From Candidatus Latescibacterota bacterium (GTDB lineage Bacteria > Latescibacterota > UBA2968 > GCA-2709665), in assembly GCA_965219995.1 (NCBI GenBank), contig CBDCOX010000002.1, positions 1,568,001-1,632,000 of the forward strand: DNA of 64,000 nucleotides, given 5' to 3'. This document shows positions 51,421 to 60,760 of this stretch, one piece after another; the stretch's first letter is position 1; each line of letters opens with the position of its first letter. Position numbers and translations under genes: made by a program. The notes beneath the pieces were generated by a model. It was given only the letters and a program-made list of their open reading frames with translations, ran no database searches and had not been told where the DNA came from.

Positions 51421-53559
51421 TCAGTCTCCGGCCTCCGTCCACTGGTACACGTGGACATCCAGCGGCAGGAACAGATCAATGAACTCACGAGACTCGCTGT
51501 TCGCCATGCGATCCTCGAACAGCACCCTGGGCTGAACCGGTCTGTCGAACCGCCACGTGCCCAGGACCAGGGCCGGTTCCACGTTGACCGCGATCAGGGT
51601 GTGGACCCCGTCGTGCAGCCGCTCGATGAAGTGAATGGCGTCGCCCTGCTGCTCGAGCTGCACGCTCCGTACCCGGGCGCCCGCCGCCAGTGTGGGGGCC
51701 AGGTGTCGCACCTCGCTGGCGACCTTGAGCACTTCGGTCCATTGCCTCGGATAGATGGCCACATCGTCGGTGTACTCCGTGCCGGGGATCTCGCCCCCGG
51801 GCGCGTAGAACAGCAGCCCTTTGACACCCCTCGTCAGTGCGAGGTAGTTCATGGACCGGATCTCCTCGCGACTGGGCCGGAAACCCCCTTCGAGGGTTAC
51901 GACCTCGCCGCGCTTGCTGTCGAGACGATAGTCGAAGGCCTGGGAGATGAACCACACATGCTTGCCCTTGCCCTCCACCCGCGCAGCCTCGAAGGCATCG
52001 TCGAGGACCAGCTCGTAGATCGAGGTGATCGAGTCGTCGGGCAGCAGCGGGTTCAGGATGGGGTAGCCATAAACGAAGTAGGCATCGCTGAGTCTCCCAC
52101 CCCAGGTGAGCATGAAGATGACCGGGTGGTCCCTGTCGTGCTGTCGAATGAGCTCGTAGGTCTCGGTCGCCAGGGGAGACTGGTTGTCGCTGGCGTACTC
52201 GTTCCACCACCCCAGCGTGGCCGGGTGGTCCTTCGCCTGCTGCACCACCTCCATGAGTTGCCCGGGCTCGCCTCTGCCCAGGGCCAGCGAGGCGTAGTAC
52301 ACGTGCACCAGCCCCTTCATCCCGAGATCCAGCAGATCGTCCAGCATGCCCACGGCGCCTTCGCCGATCAGCTTGTAGTTGATCCCGGCCTCGGCCGCCT
52401 GGGCGATATAGGGCATCCTGCTCGCGGGTGAGACGTTTGACGAGTAGATCCCCACCGGAAAAAAGGGCTCGCTGTTGACACGAAACACGTCCCCGTCGAA
52501 ACGCGACTCCAATGATACCGGCTCGTTGACGCCGAAGCGCCAGCGCAGGCGATTGCCGGCGTTGCCGGCGCGGTCGTTGACGACCACCTCCACCTGGTGG
52601 ATGCCGTCCTCCAGGGCTCCGGTCTCCGAGAAGGTGAATCCGCCCTCCTCTACGGCGGCGCCGGCGGTGACGTCCTCGCCGTCCAGCAGGACCCGCGCGG
52701 AGGCGACGTCGATGCCCGAGCCCTCGTCATCGAAGACAGCCGAGATGACTGGCGAACCGTCGACCCTCGTGTCCGGCGCGGGGCTGGGGAGCACGAGCGC
52801 CGGCGGGCTGGTGTCCCTCTCCACCACCGGTGTGGTCTGCGCCATCAGGCGATCCCGCATCGATATCCTCAGGTCCTTTTCCGACTCGTATAGAGCGGCG
52901 ATTTCCCGGTCTGACAGGGCGCGGTTGTACACCCGGACGTCGTCGATCTGCCCCGTGAAGTGGCCGCCCAGGCCGGAGCCGTAGAAGCTGGCGCCGATGT
53001 ACATCGGCGCCTCCAGGGTGCCGGTCACGAAGGGCTCACCGTACCGCCCTCTCAGGCCGCCGTTCACGTAGACCCTGATCCCGTCGCCGTCGTACGTGCC
53101 GGCCAGGTGAAACCAGCTGTCCTGTTTGACGTCCCCGCCGGCGGCGCTCTTGCCGTGCTCGGGACACTCCACCAGGGAGAACCGGACCGCGTTCTGGCCG
53201 AGGCTGAGCCGGTAGTTCTGGCGCAGCGTGCTGCAGCCGTTCTTCGACAGCACGGTCTGCCCGGATATGACGGACGTGTTCACCCAGCAGGTCACCGTGA
53301 CCGCATCGGAGAGTCTCAGCATCTCCGAGTCCGGGATCTCCACGTAGTCATCCACCCCGTCGAAGCGGAGGGCGTAGCCCTGATCCAATTCCACGTACTC
53401 GGCCCCGTGAATGGCGCCCTGGAGGCCGTGGCCCGAGGCATCGCCGGCCACCGAGCCGGCCCCCTCATCGAACCTGTAGTGCGCCACGAGGCCCTCCTCC
53501 TCCGCCGCCGCGGCGCCGACGGCGAGGGCGAGGAGGATCAGCAATATCTTCGTTCCCAT
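51421..53559 (-). CDS. secreted LamG + Ig-like + glycoside hydrolase-like protein
   Basis: Signal peptide; LVAHYRFDEG, F.GQIDDVRVYNRALS; EPFFPVGIY; very GC-rich. Confidence 0.82.
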   Translation of the reverse strand: MGTKILLILLALAVGAAAAEEEGLVAHYRFDEGAGSVAGDASGHGLQGAIHGAEYVELDQGYALRFDGVDDYVEIPDSEMLRLSDAVTVTCWVNTSVISGQTVLSKNGCSTLRQNYRLSLGQNAVRFSLVECPEHGKSAAGGDVKQDSWFHLAGTYDGDGIRVYVNGGLRGRYGEPFVTGTLEAPMYIGASFYGSGLGGHFTGQIDDVRVYNRALSDREIAALYESEKDLRISMRDRLMAQTTPVVERDTSPPALVLPSPAPDTRVDGSPVISAVFDDEGSGIDVASARVLLDGEDVTAGAAVEEGGFTFSETGALEDGIHQVEVVVNDRAGNAGNRLRWRFGVNEPVSLESRFDGDVFRVNSEPFFPVGIYSSNVSPASRMPYIAQAAEAGINYKLIGEGAVGMLDDLLDLGMKGLVHVYYASLALGRGEPGQLMEVVQQAKDHPATLGWWNEYASDNQSPLATETYELIRQHDRDHPVIFMLTWGGRLSDAYFVYGYPILNPLLPDDSITSIYELVLDDAFEAARVEGKGKHVWFISQAFDYRLDSKRGEVVTLEGGFRPSREEIRSMNYLALTRGVKGLLFYAPGGEIPGTEYTDDVAIYPRQWTEVLKVASEVRHLAPTLAAGARVRSVQLEQQGDAIHFIERLHDGVHTLIAVNVEPALVLGTWRFDRPVQPRVLFEDRMANSESREFIDLFLPLDVHVYQWTEAGD

Positions 53560-53570
53560 ATTGACACTCG

Positions 53571-53880
53571 CATCTCCGCTACACAAAAACGCGCCATCCC
53601 GCCAACTCATCCTGGTGAGATGCTGCGTGAGGATTTCTTGCCGGATTACGCGCAAACAGTGACTTCCCTGGCGGAGGCATTGGGTGTATCCCGTCAAACG
53701 ATAAATGAGCTTCTGCGGGAGCGGCGCGCCATCTCGCCCATCATGGCATTGAGACTTGCCCGCTTTTTTGGTAACTCTCCGGAATTCTGGATGAAGGCCC
53801 AACACAAACGAGATCTTTGGGAATCAGAGCAGCGACATCAAGGCGAGCTGGCGGACATCGAACCGCTCGCTATTCCGTAG
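53571..53880 (+). pseudogene. higA: second higA copy lacking start codon, promoter and higB
   Basis: Near-identical to 47097-47406, including downstream flank. Confidence 0.85.
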
Positions 53881-53917
53881 ACGACGTTCCCCTGCACAAA
53901 CCCCTTCCCTCTTTTGC

Positions 53918-54012
53918 TTGTAACGTTTTTCGGTTGCCGAACCCCGAGCTTGTCGAGGGGTTGCCAAAGGCCAAGGCGCGAACGCGCCGCAGCGTAAGAC
54001 GTACTGTTTAAC
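53918..54012 (-). repeat. attC site
   Basis: R'' GTTAAAC ... R' GTTACAA; family core. Confidence 0.85.
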
Positions 54013-54035
54013 TGAAGTCCGCCTTTTCTTCATCA

Positions 54036-55844
54036 CTACCAAGATTTCCGCTTTTTTTCAATAGCATTAACGTATTCTTCTGCTTTTTCACACAATGCAA
54101 GAAACGCATCTACAGTATCAATGCGTGAGGTGCGCACAGCGAAGGCGTGATGCACAATATGATCTCCAACATGACCCAAAGATTGGGTCAATTTCTTATA
54201 AGATGGATCGAATGGAAGACCATATTCAGCTTCTACTTCCACAAACGCAAGATGAAGGATCATCTTTGCAAATCCTGGTGCCCTCAATTTACCTATACCA
54301 TTCATTCTTCTTATGCTATGAATACTTCTCTGAATTTGTTCAATCAGATGCCGTGCCTCCTCGCTTAGTGACCAACGTTCTACTTTAAGAGTTGTCAGAT
54401 CGATATGCTGCCCCCATACTCGTCTAAAAAATGGAAACTGTTTCACCCAAAGCGGTAAAGGTATGAATTGATCTCTTTCCATATCACCGGCCAACTCGGA
54501 TAGTGTAATACGTGCTAATGAAGCTTTTATACCTGTTTGACTGGTGAATTCTGTTCGAAGATAGGCATCCACATCTGCTGCTTCTCTGCCATCAAAATCA
54601 TCCTTGACCACCGATAGGAGATCAACATCGCTTGAAGGGAGTTCGTCTTGAGTGCCAAATGAACCACATAGGTATAGCGAAATCAAGCCTTTGTCTTTTA
54701 GTCTGGCAACCACTTCGGCGACAGAGCGATCCAATACGGTATCTGTCATCTGCTTCCGTTCGCTGTGAGGTTGATAATAACGGATTTCAGTTAACGTTCC
54801 TGGCGTGGTGCGAACCTGGCGGCGCCAGGTTGGGTCGGAGGGAGCGGAAGCGACCGGAGCCGCACACGCCGTGTTATAGGCTGTGCCCGGCCGACCTGAA
54901 CAGAGGCGTTTACTATTGGCCGAGCGTCTGGTACCCAGATCTTTGACGTAGGCGAGTGAAGTATCGCGGGTTATATAGCCCTCCGCCAGGTAAAGTGACA
55001 CGGCTGCATGATTCTTCTCCCGACAATTCAATACAGCCGATTTGTACCCCTCACACCGCATTTCGTGAAGTGCGCGCCGCAGGAGATGCCTGCCGATTCC
55101 CTTCCGGCGATAGTTCTCCTTCACGCCTATCCAACGCGTATAACTGAGCCACTCCAACGAATCCTGATCCGCGTAGGTGCGTCCGGATTGGGAACGACAG
55201 CTTCCTATGGCCTGGCCGTCGATTGTGCCCTTAACCCAGGTGTTGGGGAGGGCGCCGACGCCGTCTGACCCTTCGATTATGATCTCGACGCCTGGATGCG
55301 GATTGGGAAGGGAAGCAGAATCCAATGATCGTTGCATCGTCAGGTGCCCATCGTGAGCCCTGTACCCGGTCTCCTTAAGCAGCGACGAAACGTGAGTCAT
55401 ATGAGACGAGAGGATGCCGACCTTATGGTTGTGGAAGGGGTATCCGTGGTACAGTGGAAAGGCGTCTACGCGTGTGAGACCCTCCGATTGGAAGATCTGT
55501 TCCGCGTAGCTGAGGAGTGCCTGACCAACTTCCCTTCGACGAGGTGAAAATGCAAGAAAGCGGATGATCCCGCATTCGATTTCCTCACCGTCGACCTCGA
55601 CGTCGCTACCGACACAAAGATGTGCGAATCCGACCGGTCCCGTAGCGTCTGACGCAACGAGCAGCTTTTGTGACTGAGCCGAGGCACAGGACTCGTCGTC
55701 GGATTCCACAGGGATGATTCCGGCCGCGAATTCCGCTGGCTCAACGGGATACGCGAACGGCGCGCTGGCTGTTGCATCCGCCCATACGGCTTGCAGCCGG
55801 GCTGCCTCGTCCATATCCCAATGCTTGATTGATACGGTCCTCAT
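54036..55844 (-). CDS. tandem GNAT reading through attC into a Pol-beta-type nucleotidyltransferase (internal ATG 54749)
   Basis: RRREVGQAL and YRRKGIG; LCGSFG...SDVD; attC inside ORF; GC drops in 3' half. Confidence 0.8.
   Translation of the reverse strand: MRTVSIKHWDMDEAARLQAVWADATASAPFAYPVEPAEFAAGIIPVESDDESCASAQSQKLLVASDATGPVGFAHLCVGSDVEVDGEEIECGIIRFLAFSPRRREVGQALLSYAEQIFQSEGLTRVDAFPLYHGYPFHNHKVGILSSHMTHVSSLLKETGYRAHDGHLTMQRSLDSASLPNPHPGVEIIIEGSDGVGALPNTWVKGTIDGQAIGSCRSQSGRTYADQDSLEWLSYTRWIGVKENYRRKGIGRHLLRRALHEMRCEGYKSAVLNCREKNHAAVSLYLAEGYITRDTSLAYVKDLGTRRSANSKRLCSGRPGTAYNTACAAPVASAPSDPTWRRQVRTTPGTLTEIRYYQPHSERKQMTDTVLDRSVAEVVARLKDKGLISLYLCGSFGTQDELPSSDVDLLSVVKDDFDGREAADVDAYLRTEFTSQTGIKASLARITLSELAGDMERDQFIPLPLWVKQFPFFRRVWGQHIDLTTLKVERWSLSEEARHLIEQIQRSIHSIRRMNGIGKLRAPGFAKMILHLAFVEVEAEYGLPFDPSYKKLTQSLGHVGDHIVHHAFAVRTSRIDTVDAFLALCEKAEEYVNAIEKKRKSW
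54789..54879 (-). repeat. attC site (inside fused ORF)
   Basis: R'' CTATAAC ... R' GTTAACT; AACCTGGC/GCCAGGTT hairpin. Confidence 0.85.
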
Positions 55845-57118
55845 TTTTCAGTGTCAGTTTCTGCCGGGACGGATTCCGAATCCTCGGGCGCTTCCTTCGA
55901 TATGCGGACAGCTGCATATCCGTATATCGGAATGACAAGCGAAAGCATCGCCGCCGACATGGTGATGCCCCACCTTACGGAAAGCCATCTGCCAACCACG
56001 CCAGTTGGAGGGCCCCCGGCGATCTGTCCAATCGAGTCAGCCTGGGCCCGGACCGACAACATGGTTGCCCGCACGCTCGAATCCTTGATCTGCTGATTGT
56101 ACCACGTGACAAGCAGCGGGCCTCCAGTATGCCTTAACCCGCTGATTACCCAGAGCGCCGCCAGCGCTCCCCAGAAGTAATCCGTCCATGCCAAAAAGAG
56201 AATCGCGGCGACGATCCCTGTGTTCGAAAACATCAGGGCCATCGAAACAGCCGACCCACTCCTGAGGTCGATACCTCGCGTGGCCGCCTCGGTCATCGCG
56301 AGTGAAATTATGGATGAGATCAGGCTAATGAGCCCGAACCAGGCGACAGGTACCACCGTCTCTTTAAACGGCAGCTCGTAATCCCGAAGTATATGGGGTG
56401 CAGTCAGCCGATCGTATCCTTCGCTCGACAGACCGTAAAGAAATGAGATCGCAAGAATCAACAACAGGTAATGCTCGGTTCGAATCTGCAGGAAGGCTGT
56501 TGAGAATGTGGCGCGCATCGAAACCCAAGTCTTTCTTTGTTCCGCGGGCACGGGCTTGAACCCGCGCTCCCGCATTGTGAAACACAGGGCAACTGAAACT
56601 ACCAACAGCCCGCCGCCCCCAATCAGAATCGGCACAGATACATCCTGCCATCCGAGGGCGACGCCCAGCAGAATCCCGATAATCGATCCCACGCTTGACG
56701 CCTGTGAAGCGCGCATGAAGACCATACCAACGGAATTGTCTTTGCTGTTTTCGGCAATCATCTCATCGACAAGCCAGGCCTCATACGCGCCGCTCATGAA
56801 GGTTCCACCAATCCCGCGGATCACGTTGCTGGCGACCACAGCCCAAAACAGGGGTATCCACCCCATCAGCATCAGGCCCAACCCGTTCAAGAAATAACCC
56901 AGAATCACCGACAACCTTCGGCTCTTGAGGTCTGCAACCACCCCAGTTGGGACTTCAAACAGAAATGCCGTTACCTCCATTGTCGTACCAACCAAAACCA
57001 GTTGCAGCGGATCAAGTTTCACAACATTGACCTGATACACCATCACCACGGTAAGTGCAATCGTAAACAGAACCGACGAACAGAACGAGCTTAGTATATA
57101 AACAGTTTTCGCTTGCAT
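55841..57118 (-). CDS. MFS transporter, TetA(P)-like family
   Basis: L.PLQLVLVGT..E...FLFEVPTGVVAD..SR.LS; SSEG.DRL; RAT.LS...Q. Confidence 0.85.
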   Translation of the reverse strand: MQAKTVYILSSFCSSVLFTIALTVVMVYQVNVVKLDPLQLVLVGTTMEVTAFLFEVPTGVVADLKSRRLSVILGYFLNGLGLMLMGWIPLFWAVVASNVIRGIGGTFMSGAYEAWLVDEMIAENSKDNSVGMVFMRASQASSVGSIIGILLGVALGWQDVSVPILIGGGGLLVVSVALCFTMRERGFKPVPAEQRKTWVSMRATFSTAFLQIRTEHYLLLILAISFLYGLSSEGYDRLTAPHILRDYELPFKETVVPVAWFGLISLISSIISLAMTEAATRGIDLRSGSAVSMALMFSNTGIVAAILFLAWTDYFWGALAALWVISGLRHTGGPLLVTWYNQQIKDSSVRATMLSVRAQADSIGQIAGGPPTGVVGRWLSVRWGITMSAAMLSLVIPIYGYAAVRISKEAPEDSESVPAETDTEK

Positions 57119-57247
57119 TTAACCACCAAACCAAGGCTGAAATAGCTCCTCATCCACGGATCGATCATCCCGGAATCTGAGTCAGCATCTGGATGTTCTT
57201 GGGACGGTCAACCAGGTGGGTTGCCCATAAATTCAGCCAGGCATTGC

Positions 57248-57392
57248 CTATAACGTTCTCGCCACTTGCGAACCCGCCCGGCTTCATGGGTGGGTTGCCG
57301 TCAGGCCAAGGAACCCTTCGACATTTCGACAGGCTCAATGCAAGCAAGCTCAGATTAAATTCCGCGACGCTGCGCAAGTGGATGTGTTATGC
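57248..57392 (-). repeat. attC site (145 bp) with nested REP-like insert
   Basis: R'' GCATAAC ... R' GTTATAG; close copy at 63018-63162. Confidence 0.85.
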
Positions 57393-57468
57393 GTCTGCAG
57401 AGGTTTTCGCAGATCAAGCGGCCAAACGGGCACCCTGTATGGGTTTTTCCGATTATTGACTTTCGGTC

Positions 57469-58026
57469 TCATTCCCCCGAGCGAGCCAGATGCTGGAGCG
57501 TCAACGAAACTGTCGCAGCCCACGACAGGACTTTGAACTCCCCGGTCCTTAGAGCATCCTCCAGCTCTTCGCGAGCAAGATGCAGAAGCTCCTGGTCCTC
57601 GATGTCATCACTCGAAGGTTCTGCTACCAGTACAGCATCGCGGGCCAGGAATAGATACCGAACGCCAACGCCGCGATTGGGATCGACTTTGTAGCTGCCG
57701 AGGTCAATCCACTCGGTCGATTGAAATCCGGTCTCCTCCAGCAGTTCACGCTTGGCGGCGTCCAGAGGATCTTCCCCAGGTTCGATCATTCCTCCTACTG
57801 GAGCCAGGGATGTTCCCTCCACTGCATATTTCGTCTGTCGAAAACAAAGGAACTTGCCGTCGCAAGTGGTGGCGAGGACAATCGCAGCGTCAGGCCCAAC
57901 AATCCATGGCCAGTCAGAGATAACCTGCCCATCCGGCCATTCCACTGTATGACTCTCAACGGTCAGGTACGGACCCCGATTGATGATAGTGCGACGGGAG
58001 AGGGTCTTGAACGGTCGCAGTTCCAT
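57469..58026 (-). CDS. NUDIX hydrolase (ADP-ribose pyrophosphatase-like)
   Basis: GGMIEPGE....AAKRELLEETG. Confidence 0.9.
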   Translation of the reverse strand: MELRPFKTLSRRTIINRGPYLTVESHTVEWPDGQVISDWPWIVGPDAAIVLATTCDGKFLCFRQTKYAVEGTSLAPVGGMIEPGEDPLDAAKRELLEETGFQSTEWIDLGSYKVDPNRGVGVRYLFLARDAVLVAEPSSDDIEDQELLHLAREELEDALRTGEFKVLSWAATVSLTLQHLARSGE

Positions 58027-58106
58027 ACCTTCGGGTCCCATCTGTCCTCCACCTTCTCCGGTTTTGTGCCGATTCTGAGTTTGGTGTCACCTAAAACCAG
58101 TGTTGC

Positions 58107-58191
58107 ACATAACGGCCCGGCTGATCCTGAATCGCGCAGCTGTTTTCTGCTCCGTCAAACGCAGCGGGGCCTACGTCGCACGACGTAAGCC
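58107..58191 (-). repeat. degenerate attC-like site
   Basis: R' GTTATGT matches the NUDIX cassette R''; its own R'' GGCTTAC is degenerate. Confidence 0.5.
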
Positions 58192-58313
58192 CCTTTCGTT
58201 TTGCCTCCTCGATGAGGTCCAACCCAAGTCACCTTCATCGGCCCTCCCCTTCCGGCACGCCATCGCCCGGAAGGACGAGGAGAAGGGCAGTGTCGACCTG
58301 CTCCTGTTTCGGT

Positions 58314-59366
58314 CTATAGCAGATGGTCCAGAATGAGATTGGTTGATTCAACGATGCGTTGATCGCGAGGCCGTAGATCCGGCTCGAATGCCTTGCTCGT
58401 CAGGTGTTGCAGACCCTGAATGTAGCGGACAGCGATTTCTCCCGCCTGCTCGTCCGTGAACTGCTGGTCCTTCTCGGTAACCATTCCTCGCGCGAATTCT
58501 TTCGAAAACGAAACCGGCTTGCCACCCCGCGTCAGCGGCTGTCCGCCGTCGTCCATACGCCAGAAGCGGCTCGAGTCCATCGTGTATAATTCGTCTGCCG
58601 CCACGATCCGATCGTCTGTGTTGACCCCGTGTTCCGTTTTCGTGTCCACGAGGATCATTCCGCGCTCGGCGAGATACTGGGAGACCATCCCGAAAGCCAT
58701 GATGGATGCGTTGCGGAGCTCGTTGTATTGGCCGGGGGTGCAGACATTGTTGTCAAAGAGATACTGCGGATCGATCGTACGATCCACCTTGTCCTTGGTA
58801 CTCGGCGTATCCATCAGGTATGGCAGCACGCCATTGGCGGACAACTGGTCCACGTCGATCTGATGGCCCGCATAGTCGAGCGTCGTCTCACCCGCCTCCC
58901 TGGCTTGCAGCCAGTGCTGAAAGAGAGACGTCGAGGTACTGCTCTCGGCGTTATACATCCGAAGGACGTTTTCCACCATGATCAGCTTCAGATTCTCTGC
59001 CGGAATCACCGTCGAACTGGCCTGAAGACCAGGCACCTTGAACTGAGAACTGCCCAATACGTGTTCCACCAGACGCAGCATGTGGTCATGATTGATCGCC
59101 AGCACCTGATCTTTGAACGGGATGGCCCCGCGATTCACATCGTGCGTCGATATCCGGTTGTTCCGGAACATCAGCCGGATCGGCTGGCCTTCGCTGGTCG
59201 CGAGGTTCTCGCCAAACACCGAGTCCGATACCTTCCCCTCCAGGATGGTGCAACCATCGAGACGCGGAAGATCACCATCGGCGATAATCTGCTTGATCGG
59301 ACGCCCCTCATTGACGCGTGCACCGTTCTCGGCCACTAATACTCTGATCTGGGTATCATTTAGCAT
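58314..59366 (-). CDS. purC: SAICAR synthetase-like protein
   Basis: GKV.D, RISTHD...IPFK.QVL, TPSTK, LVDTKTE.G, DE..T.DSSRFW, SKEF.R. Confidence 0.82.
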   Translation of the reverse strand: MLNDTQIRVLVAENGARVNEGRPIKQIIADGDLPRLDGCTILEGKVSDSVFGENLATSEGQPIRLMFRNNRISTHDVNRGAIPFKDQVLAINHDHMLRLVEHVLGSSQFKVPGLQASSTVIPAENLKLIMVENVLRMYNAESSTSTSLFQHWLQAREAGETTLDYAGHQIDVDQLSANGVLPYLMDTPSTKDKVDRTIDPQYLFDNNVCTPGQYNELRNASIMAFGMVSQYLAERGMILVDTKTEHGVNTDDRIVAADELYTMDSSRFWRMDDGGQPLTRGGKPVSFSKEFARGMVTEKDQQFTDEQAGEIAVRYIQGLQHLTSKAFEPDLRPRDQRIVESTNLILDHLL

Positions 59367-59607
59367 GGGTACAGTCCTGTTCAGGTGAAGGCCTCTGGGG
59401 GGAGACGCTCAAGGGAACAGCGATCGTCGTAGAGGCTGGCTTTCGGAAGCGGATGGTCGTCAGGTCAAAGCCGGCGGGATGCCATGCGGGGGGAGTATAT
59501 GGGCGTCGCAATAACCAGTCGGCTTGTTACAATATTTAAGATACATGGTGTGTTCGCGCAGAGCAAGGAAAACCGGCTCGGACATGGATTGGGCAGCCGG
59601 GTGGACG

Positions 59608-60087
59608 TCACCTGTCGTCCATAGCCGGAAGCTCGTCAATCCGGACGGTATTCAGACGTTCGTTAAGTTCCCATAGTGCGATTCGGTTGCTTTCCCATGT
59701 GAGCAGCCTCGTGGCTTCCCTGAAAGACAACCACCTCACCTTGTCATGTTCATGGGACAAATCAAGTTCTTGACCGCTTACATCAACCGCAAATGAGTAT
59801 TCAGGCACGACAAAGATGGCCTTGGACCAGTGTTCAATTGGTGAGAATACCGTCCTGGGGACGGATGCGCGAGAATCCAGCCGAAAGAAACGGGCCCCCT
59901 TTGGAATGCCTGCCTCCTCTTCTGCCTCACGCCGTGCGGTTTGCTCTGCCGTCTCATCGTCTTCGGCGCCACCCGCAATGAACTGCCACATAGAGTCATC
60001 CGCCCGATGGAAGACGGCAAACTGGTATCCGAGACTCTCACTCTCCCTGAACGGTATCACGATCACCTGTAGTGGTTGCCTTGCCAT
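59608..60087 (-). CDS. NUDIX hydrolase (NudB-like)
   Basis: WQFIAGG.E..ET....ARRE..EEAG, LS.EH. Confidence 0.9.
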   Translation of the reverse strand: MARQPLQVIVIPFRESESLGYQFAVFHRADDSMWQFIAGGAEDDETAEQTARREAEEEAGIPKGARFFRLDSRASVPRTVFSPIEHWSKAIFVVPEYSFAVDVSGQELDLSHEHDKVRWLSFREATRLLTWESNRIALWELNERLNTVRIDELPAMDDR

Positions 60088-60160
60088 ACTGACTATTCTC
60101 TCGGGTTGAGTCGCTCAAACTCGTCCATCACAGCAGAAATATAGCCCCGCCACGGTTTTC

Positions 60161-60244
60161 GTGTAACGTTTGGCTGTTGACAACCCCCGGAGCGCAGCGA
60201 AGGGGATTGCCGAAGGCCAGGGAGCGCAAGTGGACGTGTCAGTG
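60161..60244 (-). repeat. attC site
   Basis: R'' CACTGAC (contains stop codon) ... R' GTTACAC; family core. Confidence 0.8.
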
Positions 60245-60760
60245 GCCTGTGCGGTCGCTGGCAGGGTTAAATCCCTGGACACCGATCTCATCGTGTAGAA
60301 TCCGATCAACGATGCAGCCAAGTTGCTGCACTTTCGCAAATTCCGCAGAGAGTTTCTCAATCAGGTCATCGTCGCCGAAGCGAACGTCTCGACTGAAGAC
60401 CTTCATCGTACTGTTCGACACCTTGTATCCCTTCCATGTCTCAATCATACCGCGTGCTTTTTTCACGAACGGCCGGCTGAAAGCAGCGCGCTTCAATCGA
60501 GTTCCCGGGAATGTGTCTTGATGAAGCACGTGCATGACAAGACGTGTCTTCTTCTGTTGCATTTCACGGTCAGTAATCCAGGTCTCGAAATGGATACCCA
60601 TTCCGTCTTGATTGAACCATAGGTCCCTGAACAGTTGAAGCCCTGATCCACCACTCTCGGGAAACATGTCCAGTCGCGTTTCCCACCCATCCGAAAACCA
60701 GTCTGCCGTACGCAAATTACCGTCCAGCTTCTCCATCAAGGACGAATATTCACTCCCCAT
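60239..60760 (-). CDS. hypothetical protein
   Basis: 173 aa, W.N..G.GIHFETW; overlaps upstream gene stop. Confidence 0.75.
   Translation of the reverse strand: MGSEYSSLMEKLDGNLRTADWFSDGWETRLDMFPESGGSGLQLFRDLWFNQDGMGIHFETWITDREMQQKKTRLVMHVLHQDTFPGTRLKRAAFSRPFVKKARGMIETWKGYKVSNSTMKVFSRDVRFGDDDLIEKLSAEFAKVQQLGCIVDRILHDEIGVQGFNPASDRTGH

Noticed and set aside
2344-52431. Long plus-strand ORFs (2344-3483, 9129-10439, 24219-25301, 40636-41637, 44161-45228, 51292-52431)
   Set aside because: Antisense shadows of well-supported minus-strand genes; no motifs
53560-53805. 82-aa N-terminal extension of the LamG ORF and a 306-aa HigA fusion
   Set aside because: Both are read-through into the antisense neighbour; the signal peptide starts at 53559
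59370-59530. ZTP or purine riboswitch upstream of purC
   Set aside because: Expected conserved motifs not found by eye
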